A stretch of 63,891 bases of DNA, counting the filler, from Thermodesulfobacteriota bacterium (GTDB taxonomy: Bacteria > DASVDK01): assembly GCA_036381125.1 (NCBI GenBank). It is 7 parts of 7 records of this genome, joined end to end, with 100 filler letters (N's around TTAATTAATTAA, not from the genome) between each part and the next. Parts side by side here need not be neighbours in the genome. Positions count along the whole stretch, not along the records: positions 52,819 to 59,538 come from DASVDK010000143.1; positions 59,639 to 63,891 come from DASVDK010000144.1; 5 more parts are not named here. One strand, given 5' to 3'. The notes below the pieces were generated by a model, which saw nothing but the letters and a program-made list of their open reading frames with translations, was not told where the DNA came from and did not search any database. Below are positions 54,304 to 63,891 of the stretch, one piece after another. The position numbers and the translations under genes are program-made. The first letter of the stretch is position 1. Every line of letters starts with the position of its first letter.

Positions 54304-54774
54304 ATGATCCGACGAATCGTCGTCGCCACGGGCGGGTCGGAGTGGTCGGACTACGCGCTCCACTACGCTCTCGACCTGGCCGTCGAGTACCGGGCCGACG
54401 AGGTCCTCGTGCTCTATGTCGTACCGCCCACCGCCAAGGTAACGGTCGATCCGATGGGGATGGTCGTGCTGCCTCCCACGCCGGAGACGGCCCCCTCGGC
54501 GACCGGGGAGGAGGTGCTCGCCCGCGCCGCAGCCGACGCAGCGCGGCGAGGCGTCCCCTGCCGCACGGTGCTGCGGCAGGGCCCGGTGGCCGACGAGATC
54601 GTCAAGCTGGCGGCCGAGGAGCGGGCCGACCTCCTCGTCGTCGGCTCCCGCGGCCTCACCGGCATCCGACGCCTGCTCCTCGGCTCGATCAGCAACGAGG
54701 TCGCGGTCAAGGCCCCCTGCCCGGTCCTCATCGTCAAGCAACCGCAGGGACCGCAGACGCAGAACGCAGCGTAG
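54304..54774 (+). CDS. Universal stress protein
   Basis: GGAGG RBS; IVVATGGS, ADLLVVGSRG, LLGSIS, APCPVLIV. Confidence 0.92.
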   Translation: MIRRIVVATGGSEWSDYALHYALDLAVEYRADEVLVLYVVPPTAKVTVDPMGMVVLPPTPETAPSATGEEVLARAAADAARRGVPCRTVLRQGPVADEIVKLAAEERADLLVVGSRGLTGIRRLLLGSISNEVAVKAPCPVLIVKQPQGPQTQNAA

Positions 54775-54857
54775 GCGAGGCCGGAGACGAGGCGCGGGTC
54801 GCCCCGGGAGGCCCGGTTGGACCCTGGTGAGGCGCCCCGCGCGAGGAGCGGCCGGCT

Positions 54858-55529
54858 TCAGGACCGGATCTCGTCGAGGATCGCCTTCGCGGCGCTCGTG
54901 CCGATCCGGGTCGCCCCGGCGGCCAGCATGGCGCGCGTGTCGGCGAGGGTCCGGATCCCACCCGAGGCCTTCACGCCGAGCCGTCCCCCCACCGCCTCCG
55001 CGAGGAGGCGCACCGACTCCACGGTCGCGCCGGGGTAGCCGAAGCCGGTCGACGTCTTCACGAAGCTGGCGCCGGCGGCCTCCGCCACGCGGCAGCCGAG
55101 CCGCACCTCGGCCTCGGTCAGCGCGGCCGTCTCGAGGATCACCTTGACCGGCCGGCCCGCCGCGGCGCGCACGACGGCCGCGACGTCCGCTTCCGCGCGG
55201 CTCGCCTCGCCTCCCCTGAGCCAGCCCCGGTTGATCACCATGTCGACCTCGGCCGCCCCCTGCTCCACCGCCAGGGCTGCCTCGCGCGCCTTCACCTCCG
55301 GGAGCGAGACGCCGTGGGGGAAGCCGGCCACCGAAACGACCGCCACCCGGCCGCCGAGCCGCCGCACGGCCGGCTCGACCAGCGACGGCTGCGCGCAGAG
55401 CTGCCCCACGCCGAGGGCCACGGCCTCGTCGCAGATGGCGGCAAGCTCGCGTTCGGTGGTGTCCGGCTTGAGGGCGGCGCCCCAGTCGATCAGGCGCGCG
55501 AGGTCGGCGCGGGCGAGCGGGTCGGGCAC
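54858..55529 (-). CDS. deoC: Deoxyribose-phosphate aldolase
   Basis: GFPHG, EVDMVIN, VKVILET, FVKTSTGF, VKASGGIR. Confidence 0.93.
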   Translation of the reverse strand: MPDPLARADLARLIDWGAALKPDTTERELAAICDEAVALGVGQLCAQPSLVEPAVRRLGGRVAVVSVAGFPHGVSLPEVKAREAALAVEQGAAEVDMVINRGWLRGGEASRAEADVAAVVRAAAGRPVKVILETAALTEAEVRLGCRVAEAAGASFVKTSTGFGYPGATVESVRLLAEAVGGRLGVKASGGIRTLADTRAMLAAGATRIGTSAAKAILDEIRS

Positions 55530-55541
55530 GAACGGCCCCGG

Positions 55542-56378
55542 CTACGGGTTCATCCGCTCGAGCGCGGCGACGACCTCGTCGATGATCCAGTCGGGCGTGG
55601 ACGCACCGGCCGAGACGCCCACGGTGCGGGCGCCGACGAACCACTCGGGCCTGAGCTCCGCCGCGCTGGCCACCTGGTAGCTGCGCGGGTTGATGTTGCG
55701 CGCGATCTCGGTGAGGCGGCAGGTGTTGGCGCTCGTGAGGGAGCCGATGATCACCATGACGTCGTTCTCGTACGGCATGGTGCGGATCTCGTCCTGGTGG
55801 TTCTTCGTGGGGGCGCAGATGGTGTTGATGAAGCGCACCTCGCGGCTCTTGAGGCAGAGTTCCGCCACGCACTGCCGGACGTTGTCGATGTTCTGGGTGG
55901 ACTGCGTGACGACGCCGATCTTGCGCTTGCGCGGGATGAGCCGCGCCTCGTCGGGGTTCGACACGACGATGGCGCCCGGCACCTGGCCCGCGATGCCGAC
56001 GACCTCGTCGTGGCCGTGATCGCCGATGACGACGATGCTGTACCCCTCCTGGGCGAGCGCCTTCACCTCGTCGTGGATCTCGAAGACCATGGGGCAGGTG
56101 GCGTCGACGATCTTCAGGCCGCGCCGCTCGGCCGCGTCGTAGATCTCCGGCACGGCGCCGTGGGCGCGCAGGATGAGCGTGCTGCCGGCCGGCACCGAGT
56201 CGAGGTCCTTCATCACCGTGACGCCGGCCTCGTCGATCTTCCGGACGACGTGCTCGTTGTGCACGATGTCGCCCAGCATGACGACGCGCTCGTCCGACTT
56301 CGCCGTCTTCATGGCGATGTCGAAGGCGCGCTTGACGCCGAAGCAGGCACCCGCGGTGTCGGCTCTGTTGACGATCAC
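55542..56378 (-). CDS. ispH: 4-hydroxy-3-methylbut-2-enyl diphosphate reductase
   Basis: CFGVKRA, IVHN, RAHG, DATCP, NTIC, SAN, AGASTP. Confidence 0.95.
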   Translation of the reverse strand: MIVNRADTAGACFGVKRAFDIAMKTAKSDERVVMLGDIVHNEHVVRKIDEAGVTVMKDLDSVPAGSTLILRAHGAVPEIYDAAERRGLKIVDATCPMVFEIHDEVKALAQEGYSIVVIGDHGHDEVVGIAGQVPGAIVVSNPDEARLIPRKRKIGVVTQSTQNIDNVRQCVAELCLKSREVRFINTICAPTKNHQDEIRTMPYENDVMVIIGSLTSANTCRLTEIARNINPRSYQVASAAELRPEWFVGARTVGVSAGASTPDWIIDEVVAALERMNP

Positions 56379-56412
56379 GCCTGGTCCTCCGATCGACGAA
56401 ACCTCTGCAAAA

Positions 56413-57141
56413 TCACGATGGTTGTACCCCAGCGGCCGCCGGAAGTAAAGGCGAGCGCGCCCCCCCGGGAGCGGCGCCGGCCGGGGTGAGGGTGAACGTC
56501 GCGCGGAACGCGGCCTCGAGCGCCCGCTTCGCCTCGGCCAGCGTCACCGGGCGGCCCGCCTCGCGGGTGAGCGTCGTCATTCGCACGCCGGCCAGGCCGC
56601 ACGGCACGATCAGCTCGAACCCGGGGAGCGCCTCGTCGGTCACGTTCACGGCGAGGCCGTGCCAGGAGACCCAGCGGCTCACGTGGATGCCGATGGAGGC
56701 GAGCTTGCGGTCGTCGACCCAGACGCCGGTCTTCCCGGCCACCCGCCCGGCGGCGACGCCGAACGCCGCGGCCGCGCGGATGATCGCCTCTTCGAGCGCG
56801 CGGAGGTAACGGTGCAGGTCGCGGCCGTGGCCGCGCAGGTCGACGATCGGGTATCCGACGAGCTGCCCGGGGCCGTGGTAGGTGACGTCGCCGCCCCGCT
56901 CGATCTCGAAGACCTCGACGCCGCGCCGCTCGAGCGCCTCGCGGGAGGCCAGCAGGTGCTCCGGCCGGCTCGCGCGGCCGAGGGTGACGACCGGCGGGTG
57001 CTCGCAGAGGAGGAGCGTGTCTGGCGCCTCGCCGGTCTGGCGCCGGCGGGCGAGGTCGCGCTGGAGCGCCAGCGCCTCGGCGTAAGGGATGCGGCCGAGG
57101 TCGCGGACGGCCAGCGTCCCCTCCCGGGCGAACGCGGTCAC
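56413..57141 (-). CDS. lipB: Octanoyltransferase LipB
   Basis: EHPPVVTLG, RGGDVTYHGPGQLVGY, KLASIG, IVPCGL. Confidence 0.95.
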   Translation of the reverse strand: MTAFAREGTLAVRDLGRIPYAEALALQRDLARRRQTGEAPDTLLLCEHPPVVTLGRASRPEHLLASREALERRGVEVFEIERGGDVTYHGPGQLVGYPIVDLRGHGRDLHRYLRALEEAIIRAAAAFGVAAGRVAGKTGVWVDDRKLASIGIHVSRWVSWHGLAVNVTDEALPGFELIVPCGLAGVRMTTLTREAGRPVTLAEAKRALEAAFRATFTLTPAGAAPGGARSPLLPAAAGVQPS

Positions 57142-57193
57142 GTCGACCTGGGCCCCCCGGCGGTCTCCCGGCCGGGGGCCTGCGAGCTGCGGG

Positions 57194-58585
57194 TTACGCG
57201 TGAATCGCCCTCCCGTCCACCGCGAGCGCCGCCTCCTTGAGGACCTCGGCGAGGGTCGGGTGGGCGTGCGTGGCCCGTCCGAGGTCCTCGGCGGAGGCGC
57301 CGAACTCGATCGCCACCGAGGCCTCCGCGATCAGGTCCCCGGCCCGCGGCCCCACGATGTGGACGCCGAGGATGCGGTCGGTCTCGGCGTGCGCGAGCAT
57401 CTTCACCCGGCCGTCGATCTGCCCGAGGGCGCGCGCCCGCCCGTTGCCGCGGAAGAAGAAGACGCCCTTGCGGTACGGGATGCCGGCGGCCTTCAGCTCC
57501 TCCTCGGTCTTCCCCACCGAGGCGACCTCGGGGTTGGTGTAGACGACGTTCGGGATGGCGTCGTAGTTGACGTGGCCGTAACCGGTGACGATCCGCTCGA
57601 CGCAGGCGACGCCCTCCTCGGAGGCCTTGTGCGCCAGCATGGGGCCGCGGATCACGTCCCCGATGGCGTAGATGCCTCGGGCGGTCGTCTCGAAGTGGTC
57701 GTTCACCGGGATGCGACCCTTCTCGTCGGTCCTGATCTCCACCGACTCGAGGCCGAGGCCGTCGGTGTTGGGGATGCGGCCGACGGCCACGAGGACCCGG
57801 TCGGCGGTGATCGGCTCCATCCCTTCCGCCTCGACGACGGCCGTCTTGCCGTTCACCTTCGCGCCGGTGACGCGGGCGCCGAGGCGGAAGTCGAGCCCCT
57901 GGCGCGCGAGGACCCGCCGCGCCTCGGCGGCGATCTCGGCGTCCATCCCGAGGAGGATCCGGTCGGCGTACTCGAGGACGGTCACCTTCGAGCCGAGCCG
58001 CGCCCAGACCGAGCCCAGCTCGAGCCCGATCGCTCCGGCGCCGATCACGACGAGCCGCTTCGGGACCTCGGGATAGGCGAGCGCCTCGGTGGACGTGCCG
58101 ATCCGGTCGCCGTCGGTCGTCACGCCCCTGAGCGGCGCCACCTTGCTGCCGGTGGCGATGAGGACGTGGGTCGTCTCGAGGTCGACCTCGCCGTCGCCGC
58201 CGCTCACCACGACGCGGCCGGGACCGGCGAGGCGGCCGTGACCGAGGTAGCGCGTGATCCTGTTCTTCTTGAAGAGCCCCTCGACCCCGTTCGTGTTGGC
58301 GCGGACGACCTCGTCCTTGCGCTTGAGCATCGCCGCCAGGTCGACCTCGACCTTCGGCACGCGGATCCCGTGCGCCGAGAAGCCGTTCTTCGCCTCGTGG
58401 ACCAGCTCCGAGGACTCGAGCATCGCCTTGCTCGGGATGCACCCGATCCTGAGGCAGGTGCCGCCGAGGGCCGCCTCCTTCTCGACGCAGGCGACGTTCA
58501 GGCCGAGCTGCGCGCCGCGGATGGCCGCGACGTAGCCGCCCGGGCCCGACCCGATGACGACGAGGTCGTGCTTCGCGCGTGCCAC
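57194..58585 (-). CDS. lpdA: Dihydrolipoyl dehydrogenase
   Basis: GSGPGGY, GGTCLRIGCIPSK, HAHPTLAE. Confidence 0.96.
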   Translation of the reverse strand: MARAKHDLVVIGSGPGGYVAAIRGAQLGLNVACVEKEAALGGTCLRIGCIPSKAMLESSELVHEAKNGFSAHGIRVPKVEVDLAAMLKRKDEVVRANTNGVEGLFKKNRITRYLGHGRLAGPGRVVVSGGDGEVDLETTHVLIATGSKVAPLRGVTTDGDRIGTSTEALAYPEVPKRLVVIGAGAIGLELGSVWARLGSKVTVLEYADRILLGMDAEIAAEARRVLARQGLDFRLGARVTGAKVNGKTAVVEAEGMEPITADRVLVAVGRIPNTDGLGLESVEIRTDEKGRIPVNDHFETTARGIYAIGDVIRGPMLAHKASEEGVACVERIVTGYGHVNYDAIPNVVYTNPEVASVGKTEEELKAAGIPYRKGVFFFRGNGRARALGQIDGRVKMLAHAETDRILGVHIVGPRAGDLIAEASVAIEFGASAEDLGRATHAHPTLAEVLKEAALAVDGRAIHA

Positions 58586-58588
58586 GCC

Positions 58589-59538
<950 letters not shown>

Positions 59539-59638
59539 NNNNNNNNNNNNNNNNNNNNNNNNNNNNNNNNNNNNNNNNNNNNTTAATTAATTAANNNNNN
59601 NNNNNNNNNNNNNNNNNNNNNNNNNNNNNNNNNNNNNN
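59539..59638. other. Artificial contig spacer
   Basis: N run with linker. Confidence 0.99.
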
Positions 59639-59809
59639 GCCCGACAGCGACACCGTGCGCTCGACGACGAGCGGCAGGGTGCGCGTGTCGACCATCAGGA
59701 CGGCGAGGGCGCGCGCCGCGGTCGCGAAGAGGTCGTCCAGGTCCCGGCCGGTGGCCTCGATCGCGGCGTCGGCGAGCGATCCCCGCTCGAGGAAGCGGAA
59801 GTGCCCCAT
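59639..59809 (-). CDS. Archease (3' truncated)
   Basis: FRFLE...AD..IEATGRDLDDLFATAARAL. Confidence 0.8.
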
Positions 59810-59815
59810 CGCGAC

Positions 59816-60508
59816 CTAGCCAGCCCGGCCGGTGCGGCCCGCCCGCTCCTCGCCCCGCTTGTACTCGATCGCCTCGCCGCGGATGCGCGCCTCGCAGGCC
59901 CGGCAGAACGCGGCCGGCGACGGCCGCCCGCACGCGAGGCACCGGCGCTCCGGCGAGGCGGGACCGCCGGCGGTCGCGGCCGCGCCGGCGGCCGCGGCCG
60001 GCTCCGCAGCCTCGGCCGGCTCCGCAGCCTCGGCCGGCCCCGCGACCGCGAGCCGGCGCCCGGCGCGCGGGCTCACCGTCACCACCGGGCAGGGAGCCTT
60101 GCGCGCGACCGCCTCGGCCACGCTGCCCATGGCCAGGCGGGCGAGCCCCCCGCGGCCGTGCGTGGACATGACCACGAGGCTCGCCCCGCACGCTTCGGCC
60201 TCGGCCATGATCTCCTCGGCCGGGTCGCCGAACCGGACCGCCCGCTCGACGGCGAGCCCGGCGAGGCGGGCCGCGACCCGGTCCAGGCGGTCCTCGGCCT
60301 CGCCGCGGAGACGATCGGCCTCCTGGTCGGCGTAGGCGACCACCGTCCCGTCGCCGACGACCGCGCGGGGGTGCGGGGCGACGTGGAGCAGCCGGATCGA
60401 CGCACCCGTCACCCGCGCGAGCAAGCCGGCGACCTCGAGCCCCGCGCTGCCGAGCTCGCTCAGGTCGAGGGGAACGAGGATGGGGCCGGGTCGTTGCGCA
60501 TCGCTCAT
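59816..60508 (-). CDS. Universal stress protein with C-terminal Cys4 tail
   Basis: ILVPLDLS, GDPAEEI, VVMSTHGRGG, MGSVAEAV, then CLAC..CRAC. Confidence 0.88.
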   Translation of the reverse strand: MSDAQRPGPILVPLDLSELGSAGLEVAGLLARVTGASIRLLHVAPHPRAVVGDGTVVAYADQEADRLRGEAEDRLDRVAARLAGLAVERAVRFGDPAEEIMAEAEACGASLVVMSTHGRGGLARLAMGSVAEAVARKAPCPVVTVSPRAGRRLAVAGPAEAAEPAEAAEPAAAAGAAATAGGPASPERRCLACGRPSPAAFCRACEARIRGEAIEYKRGEERAGRTGRAG

Positions 60509-60560
60509 GGCATCCTCCCGCATGGCATCCTCCCGATCGAGGGGTCCATCCTGGCCGACT

Positions 60561-60576
60561 TGCAAGTCGGGCGCCA
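60561..60576 (-). promoter_or_regulatory. Sigma54 promoter of USP-archease
   Basis: TGGCGC-CCGAC-TTGCA. Confidence 0.75.
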
Positions 60577-60599
60577 GGGCGCGCTCGGACGGCACGCGC

Positions 60600-61736
60600 C
60601 TAGCCCTCCTGCCGGAGGACGAACTCGCGATCGAGCGCCGCGAGCGTGTCGACGATGCCGGTGTAGGCGAGTTCCGCGTGCGAGGCCATCGTCGGCCCCA
60701 CGAAGCCCTGCCTGCGCCACTCGTCGGCCTTCTGCTGGACCTTCGCGCGCGTCGCGTCCCAGGCGACGTTACCGAACATGTCGACCGGCTCGGCCGCGAA
60801 GCGGCCCTCGCCGTCCATCGAGAAGGCCAGGCACGAGACGATCGGCAGGCAGTAGGCGCCGGCGACCGCCGTGTCGATCGCCACGGGCATGAGCGGCATC
60901 ACGTGCGACCCGCGCGTGTCGCCCGTGACGAAGTGGCCGAGGGCGTACGGGTGCACCACCTCCTCGGGCGCCGGGAAGATGCCCTGCGTGCGGACGATGG
61001 CGACCGGGTCGTCCTTGCCGGTGTACTTCCCCGCGATGTTGTGCAGGCGGGTGGCCGACACCGCGACGATCTGCTCGTCCGGCTTGTGGCGGGAGTGGAT
61101 CGCCTCGACGGCGAACCGATCCGGGTTCTGCAGGAGCGCGGCCACGTCCCAGACCCGTTCCGGCACCGGCAGCCGGATCAGGCGATCGGCCCCCTTGTGG
61201 TCCATGTCGATGATGGTGAACGTGAAGCCCTTGTGGAGCTTCGGGCTCAAGAGCAGGCCGCCGTTGTGCATCGGGTCGCAGAAGACCGAGTAAAGGGGGT
61301 AGTTGTAGGCGCCCGGCGAGCACTTGTCGCCGGCGAAGACGAGGAACGCCTCGGCCGGACGTTCGGGGCTCGCCGGGTCCCGATCGAACTCGATCTCGGC
61401 GACCGCCGGGCCGGCGCCGCGGACATTCCCCGACGGCGCGTCGACCAGCAGGTCCTGCCCCGCCCCGTAGAGCCCCCCTTGCCTGGCCGCCTCCGTCGCC
61501 GCGAGGAACGCGTCCCAGGCGAAGCGGTGGATCGCCCGGGCCCCCGGGCCGTGCGTGTGGCTCATGACGATCGCGATGTCGTCGCCGGTGTGCGTGACGA
61601 GACCGTCGACGACGAGGCCCCGGCCGAGCGCCTCCCGCAGCCGGCCGCGCACGGTCTCCATCATCCGCTTCGAGGGCCGCGTGTGCCCTCCGATCGACCC
61701 CACGTCCGCCTTGATGACCGACAGCGTCACCTGCAT
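60600..61736 (-). CDS. fbp: Bifunctional fructose-1,6-bisphosphate aldolase/phosphatase (class V FBPase)
   Basis: [53 protein letters not shown]. Confidence 0.93.
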   Translation of the reverse strand: MQVTLSVIKADVGSIGGHTRPSKRMMETVRGRLREALGRGLVVDGLVTHTGDDIAIVMSHTHGPGARAIHRFAWDAFLAATEAARQGGLYGAGQDLLVDAPSGNVRGAGPAVAEIEFDRDPASPERPAEAFLVFAGDKCSPGAYNYPLYSVFCDPMHNGGLLLSPKLHKGFTFTIIDMDHKGADRLIRLPVPERVWDVAALLQNPDRFAVEAIHSRHKPDEQIVAVSATRLHNIAGKYTGKDDPVAIVRTQGIFPAPEEVVHPYALGHFVTGDTRGSHVMPLMPVAIDTAVAGAYCLPIVSCLAFSMDGEGRFAAEPVDMFGNVAWDATRAKVQQKADEWRRQGFVGPTMASHAELAYTGIVDTLAALDREFVLRQEG

Positions 61737-61899
61737 GCCACCCTCCTCCCCCGGCCCCGGGCTCGCCGCCGCGGCGGGTGCGGGGCTTGCCCGCCCCGCT
61801 GGGGCCGCGATGTCACAGCGCCTCGCCTGGCGACGTGCACGGGGCACCGTGTGCGGCCGTCGCACGGCCGGGCGGGACCTCCCGTCCGGCCACTCGTGT

Positions 61900-61915
61900 T
61901 GCAAGTCGGGGACCA
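61900..61915 (-). promoter_or_regulatory. Sigma54 promoter of fbp
   Basis: TGGTCC-CCGAC-TTGCA. Confidence 0.65.
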
Positions 61916-61948
61916 GCCGACCTCTCCGTTCGTCCGCCCCGGGGCCGC

Positions 61949-61964
61949 TGGCCTCCGGATTGCA
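61949..61964 (+). promoter_or_regulatory. Sigma54 promoter of groEL
   Basis: TGGCCT-CCGGA-TTGCA. Confidence 0.65.
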
Positions 61965-61977
61965 TTCCCCGTCGGCC

Positions 61978-63594
61978 ATGACGTACACACAGCTCCTCCT
62001 GCGCGACCAGGCCCGCGCCAAGATCCTCGCGGGCGCCACCACCCTCGCCGACGCCCTTCGCGTGACGCTCGGCCCCCGCTCCAGGTCGGTGCTGATCGGC
62101 AGGAAGTGGGGCAGCCCGATCGTCTGCAACGACGGCGTGACGATCGCCAGGCAGGTGACCCACAAGGACCCGGAGGAGAACCTCGGGGCGCAGATGATCC
62201 GCGAGGCGGCCGTCAAGACGGGCGAGGTGGTCGGCGACGGCACGACGACCTCGACCCTCCTCGCCCACGGGATCTTCGCCGACGGCCTGCGCAACGTCGT
62301 CGCCGGCGCGAACGGCATCGAACTCAAGCGCGGGCTCGACCGCGCCCTCGCGGCCGCGGTGGCGTCGATCAAGACCCTCGCCCGGCCGGTGGCGAGCCGC
62401 AAGGAGAAGGCCCAGATCGCCGCGGTGTCGGCGCACAACGACGCGGCCATGGGCGAGCTGGTGGCCGAGGCGATGGAGCGGGTCGGCGCCGAGGGGGTGG
62501 TCTCGGTGGAAGAGGCCAAGGGAACCGAGACCTCGCTCGACGTCGTCCAGGGGCTCCGCTTCGACCGGGGCTACCTCTCGCCCTACTTCGTCACCGACGC
62601 CGAAAAGATGGAGGCGGTACTCGACGACCCGCTGATCCTCCTCGCGGATCAGCGGATCGGCAACCTGGAGGACCTCCTGCCGATCCTCGAGCAGGTGGCC
62701 AAGGCCGGGCGCGCCCTCCTGGTCGTGGCCGAGGAGGTCGAGGGCGAGGCGCTGGCGGCGCTCGTGGTCAACAAGCTGCGCGGCGTCCTCCACTGCGCCG
62801 CGGTCAAGGCCCCCGGCTTCGGCGACCGGCGCAAGGCGATGCTCCAGGACATCGAGATCCTGACCGGCGCGCACCTCGCCTCGAGCGAGCTGGGCGTCAA
62901 GCTGGCCAACCTGGCCCTCACCGACCTCGGCTCCGCCCGGCGCGTGGTGGTCGGGCGCGACGCCACGACGATCATCGGCGGCGGCGGCGACCGCCGGGCC
63001 ATCGAGGTGCGCTGCCGCGACCTTCGGCGCCAGATCCAGGAGGCGACGAGCGAGTACGACCGCGAGAAGCTCGAGGAGCGCCTGGCCAAGCTCGCGGGCG
63101 GGGTGGCGGTCATCCGGGTGGGCGCCCCCTCGGAGGCCGAGATGAAGAACCGCAAGGAGGCCTTCGAGGACGCCATCAGCGCCACGCGCGCCGCCATGGC
63201 CGAGGGGATCGTCCCCGGCGGCGGCGTGGCGCTGGTCCGGGCGGTCGACGCGATCGAGCGCGAGGCCGCGCGGGCCGACGGTGACGAGCGCACCGGGATG
63301 CTCGTCCTCGCGCGCGCGCTCGAGACGCCGCTGCGCCAGATCGCCCTCAACTCCGGCGTGGACCCCGGCGTCGTGGTGGACCGCGTCCGCGCGGCGAAGG
63401 GGGCCGTCGGCTTCGACGCCGCGCGAGGCGTCTACGGCGACCTGGTCGAGGCCGGGATAATCGACCCCGTCAAGGTCGTCCGCGTGGCGCTCGAGAACGC
63501 GGTGTCGGTGGCCGGCGTGCTGCTGCTCGCGGAGGCGACGCTCACAGAGATCGAAGAACCCGAGGCCAGGCCCAGGGCGAGCAACCTGGAGTAG
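61978..63594 (+). CDS. groEL: Chaperonin GroEL (divergent paralog, no adjacent groES)
   Basis: [53 protein letters not shown]. Confidence 0.95.
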   Translation: MTYTQLLLRDQARAKILAGATTLADALRVTLGPRSRSVLIGRKWGSPIVCNDGVTIARQVTHKDPEENLGAQMIREAAVKTGEVVGDGTTTSTLLAHGIFADGLRNVVAGANGIELKRGLDRALAAAVASIKTLARPVASRKEKAQIAAVSAHNDAAMGELVAEAMERVGAEGVVSVEEAKGTETSLDVVQGLRFDRGYLSPYFVTDAEKMEAVLDDPLILLADQRIGNLEDLLPILEQVAKAGRALLVVAEEVEGEALAALVVNKLRGVLHCAAVKAPGFGDRRKAMLQDIEILTGAHLASSELGVKLANLALTDLGSARRVVVGRDATTIIGGGGDRRAIEVRCRDLRRQIQEATSEYDREKLEERLAKLAGGVAVIRVGAPSEAEMKNRKEAFEDAISATRAAMAEGIVPGGGVALVRAVDAIEREAARADGDERTGMLVLARALETPLRQIALNSGVDPGVVVDRVRAAKGAVGFDAARGVYGDLVEAGIIDPVKVVRVALENAVSVAGVLLLAEATLTEIEEPEARPRASNLE

Positions 63595-63596
63595 CC

Positions 63597-63891
63597 GTGC
63601 GCTCCCCGCCGCGGGCCGCGCGGCCGGTCCATCCGCCCGGGCTCGCCCTGGCGACCGACCTGTACCAGCTCACCATGGGGGCGAGCTACGCGGCGCTCGG
63701 CATGGACCGGCCGGCGGTCTTCAGCCTGTTCGTCCGGCGGCTGCCCGCCTCGCGGCGGTTCCTCGTCGCCGCCGGCCTCGCCGAGGCACTCGACCGGCTG
63801 GCCTCGCTGCGGTTCGAGGAGGACGACCTCCGCTACCTGCGCACCCTGCCGATCCGGCCCGAGTTCCTCGACCGTCTCGCCGCCCTCCGCT
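63597..63891 (+). CDS. pncB: Nicotinate phosphoribosyltransferase (runs off window end)
   Basis: Hand translation LATDLYQLTMGASY..AVFSLFVRRLP..FLVAAGL. Confidence 0.88.
   Translation, partial: MRSPPRAARPVHPPGLALATDLYQLTMGASYAALGMDRPAVFSLFVRRLPASRRFLVAAGLAEALDRLASLRFEEDDLRYLRTLPIRPEFLDRLAALR

Noticed and set aside
54775-54857. Possible degenerate copy of the 125-bp element
   Set aside because: Shares only short words (CGGTTG, GTGAGGCGCC, CGAGGAGCGG) without the anchor or hairpin order; cannot be supported by eye.

Overview
High-GC bacterial sequence, probably from a metagenome-assembled genome. The tig-clpP-clpX-lon-tRNA-Val-tRNA-Asp order and protein style suggest a Deltaproteobacteria/Myxococcota-like or related lineage (inference). 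The window is seven unrelated contigs joined by 100-nt N spacers carrying a TTAATTAATTAA linker, so adjacency across gaps means nothing. (1) An FNR/DNR-type box between a ferredoxin and a cluster of hemerythrin, small membrane protein, di-haem norC, norB, norQ and partial norD. (2) Two tripartite tricarboxylate transporters, an orphan cyclic-peptide exporter, a STAND-LuxR regulator with target genes and a Liv-type ABC transporter. (3) A peptide ABC transporter, GT2/Wzx/ATP-grasp genes, mgtE, an aldo-keto reductase and an ornithine cyclodeaminase. (4) recN, nadK, two tRNAs, lon, clpX, clpP, tig and an AraC regulator. (5) An isocitrate dehydrogenase and small genes. (6) A Cu-type P-ATPase start, tRNA-Leu, USP, deoC, ispH, lipB, lpdA and sucB. 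(7) A cluster of archease, USP, FBP aldolase/phosphatase, lone groEL and pncB with three predicted sigma54 promoters. The most striking unexplained structure is a ~125-bp tandem repeat family found on two contigs. It has three covarying hairpins per unit, sits at the 5' end of a Liv-family ABC ATPase gene both times, and is in-frame at one site. A second, 23-bp REP-like family also occurs on two contigs.
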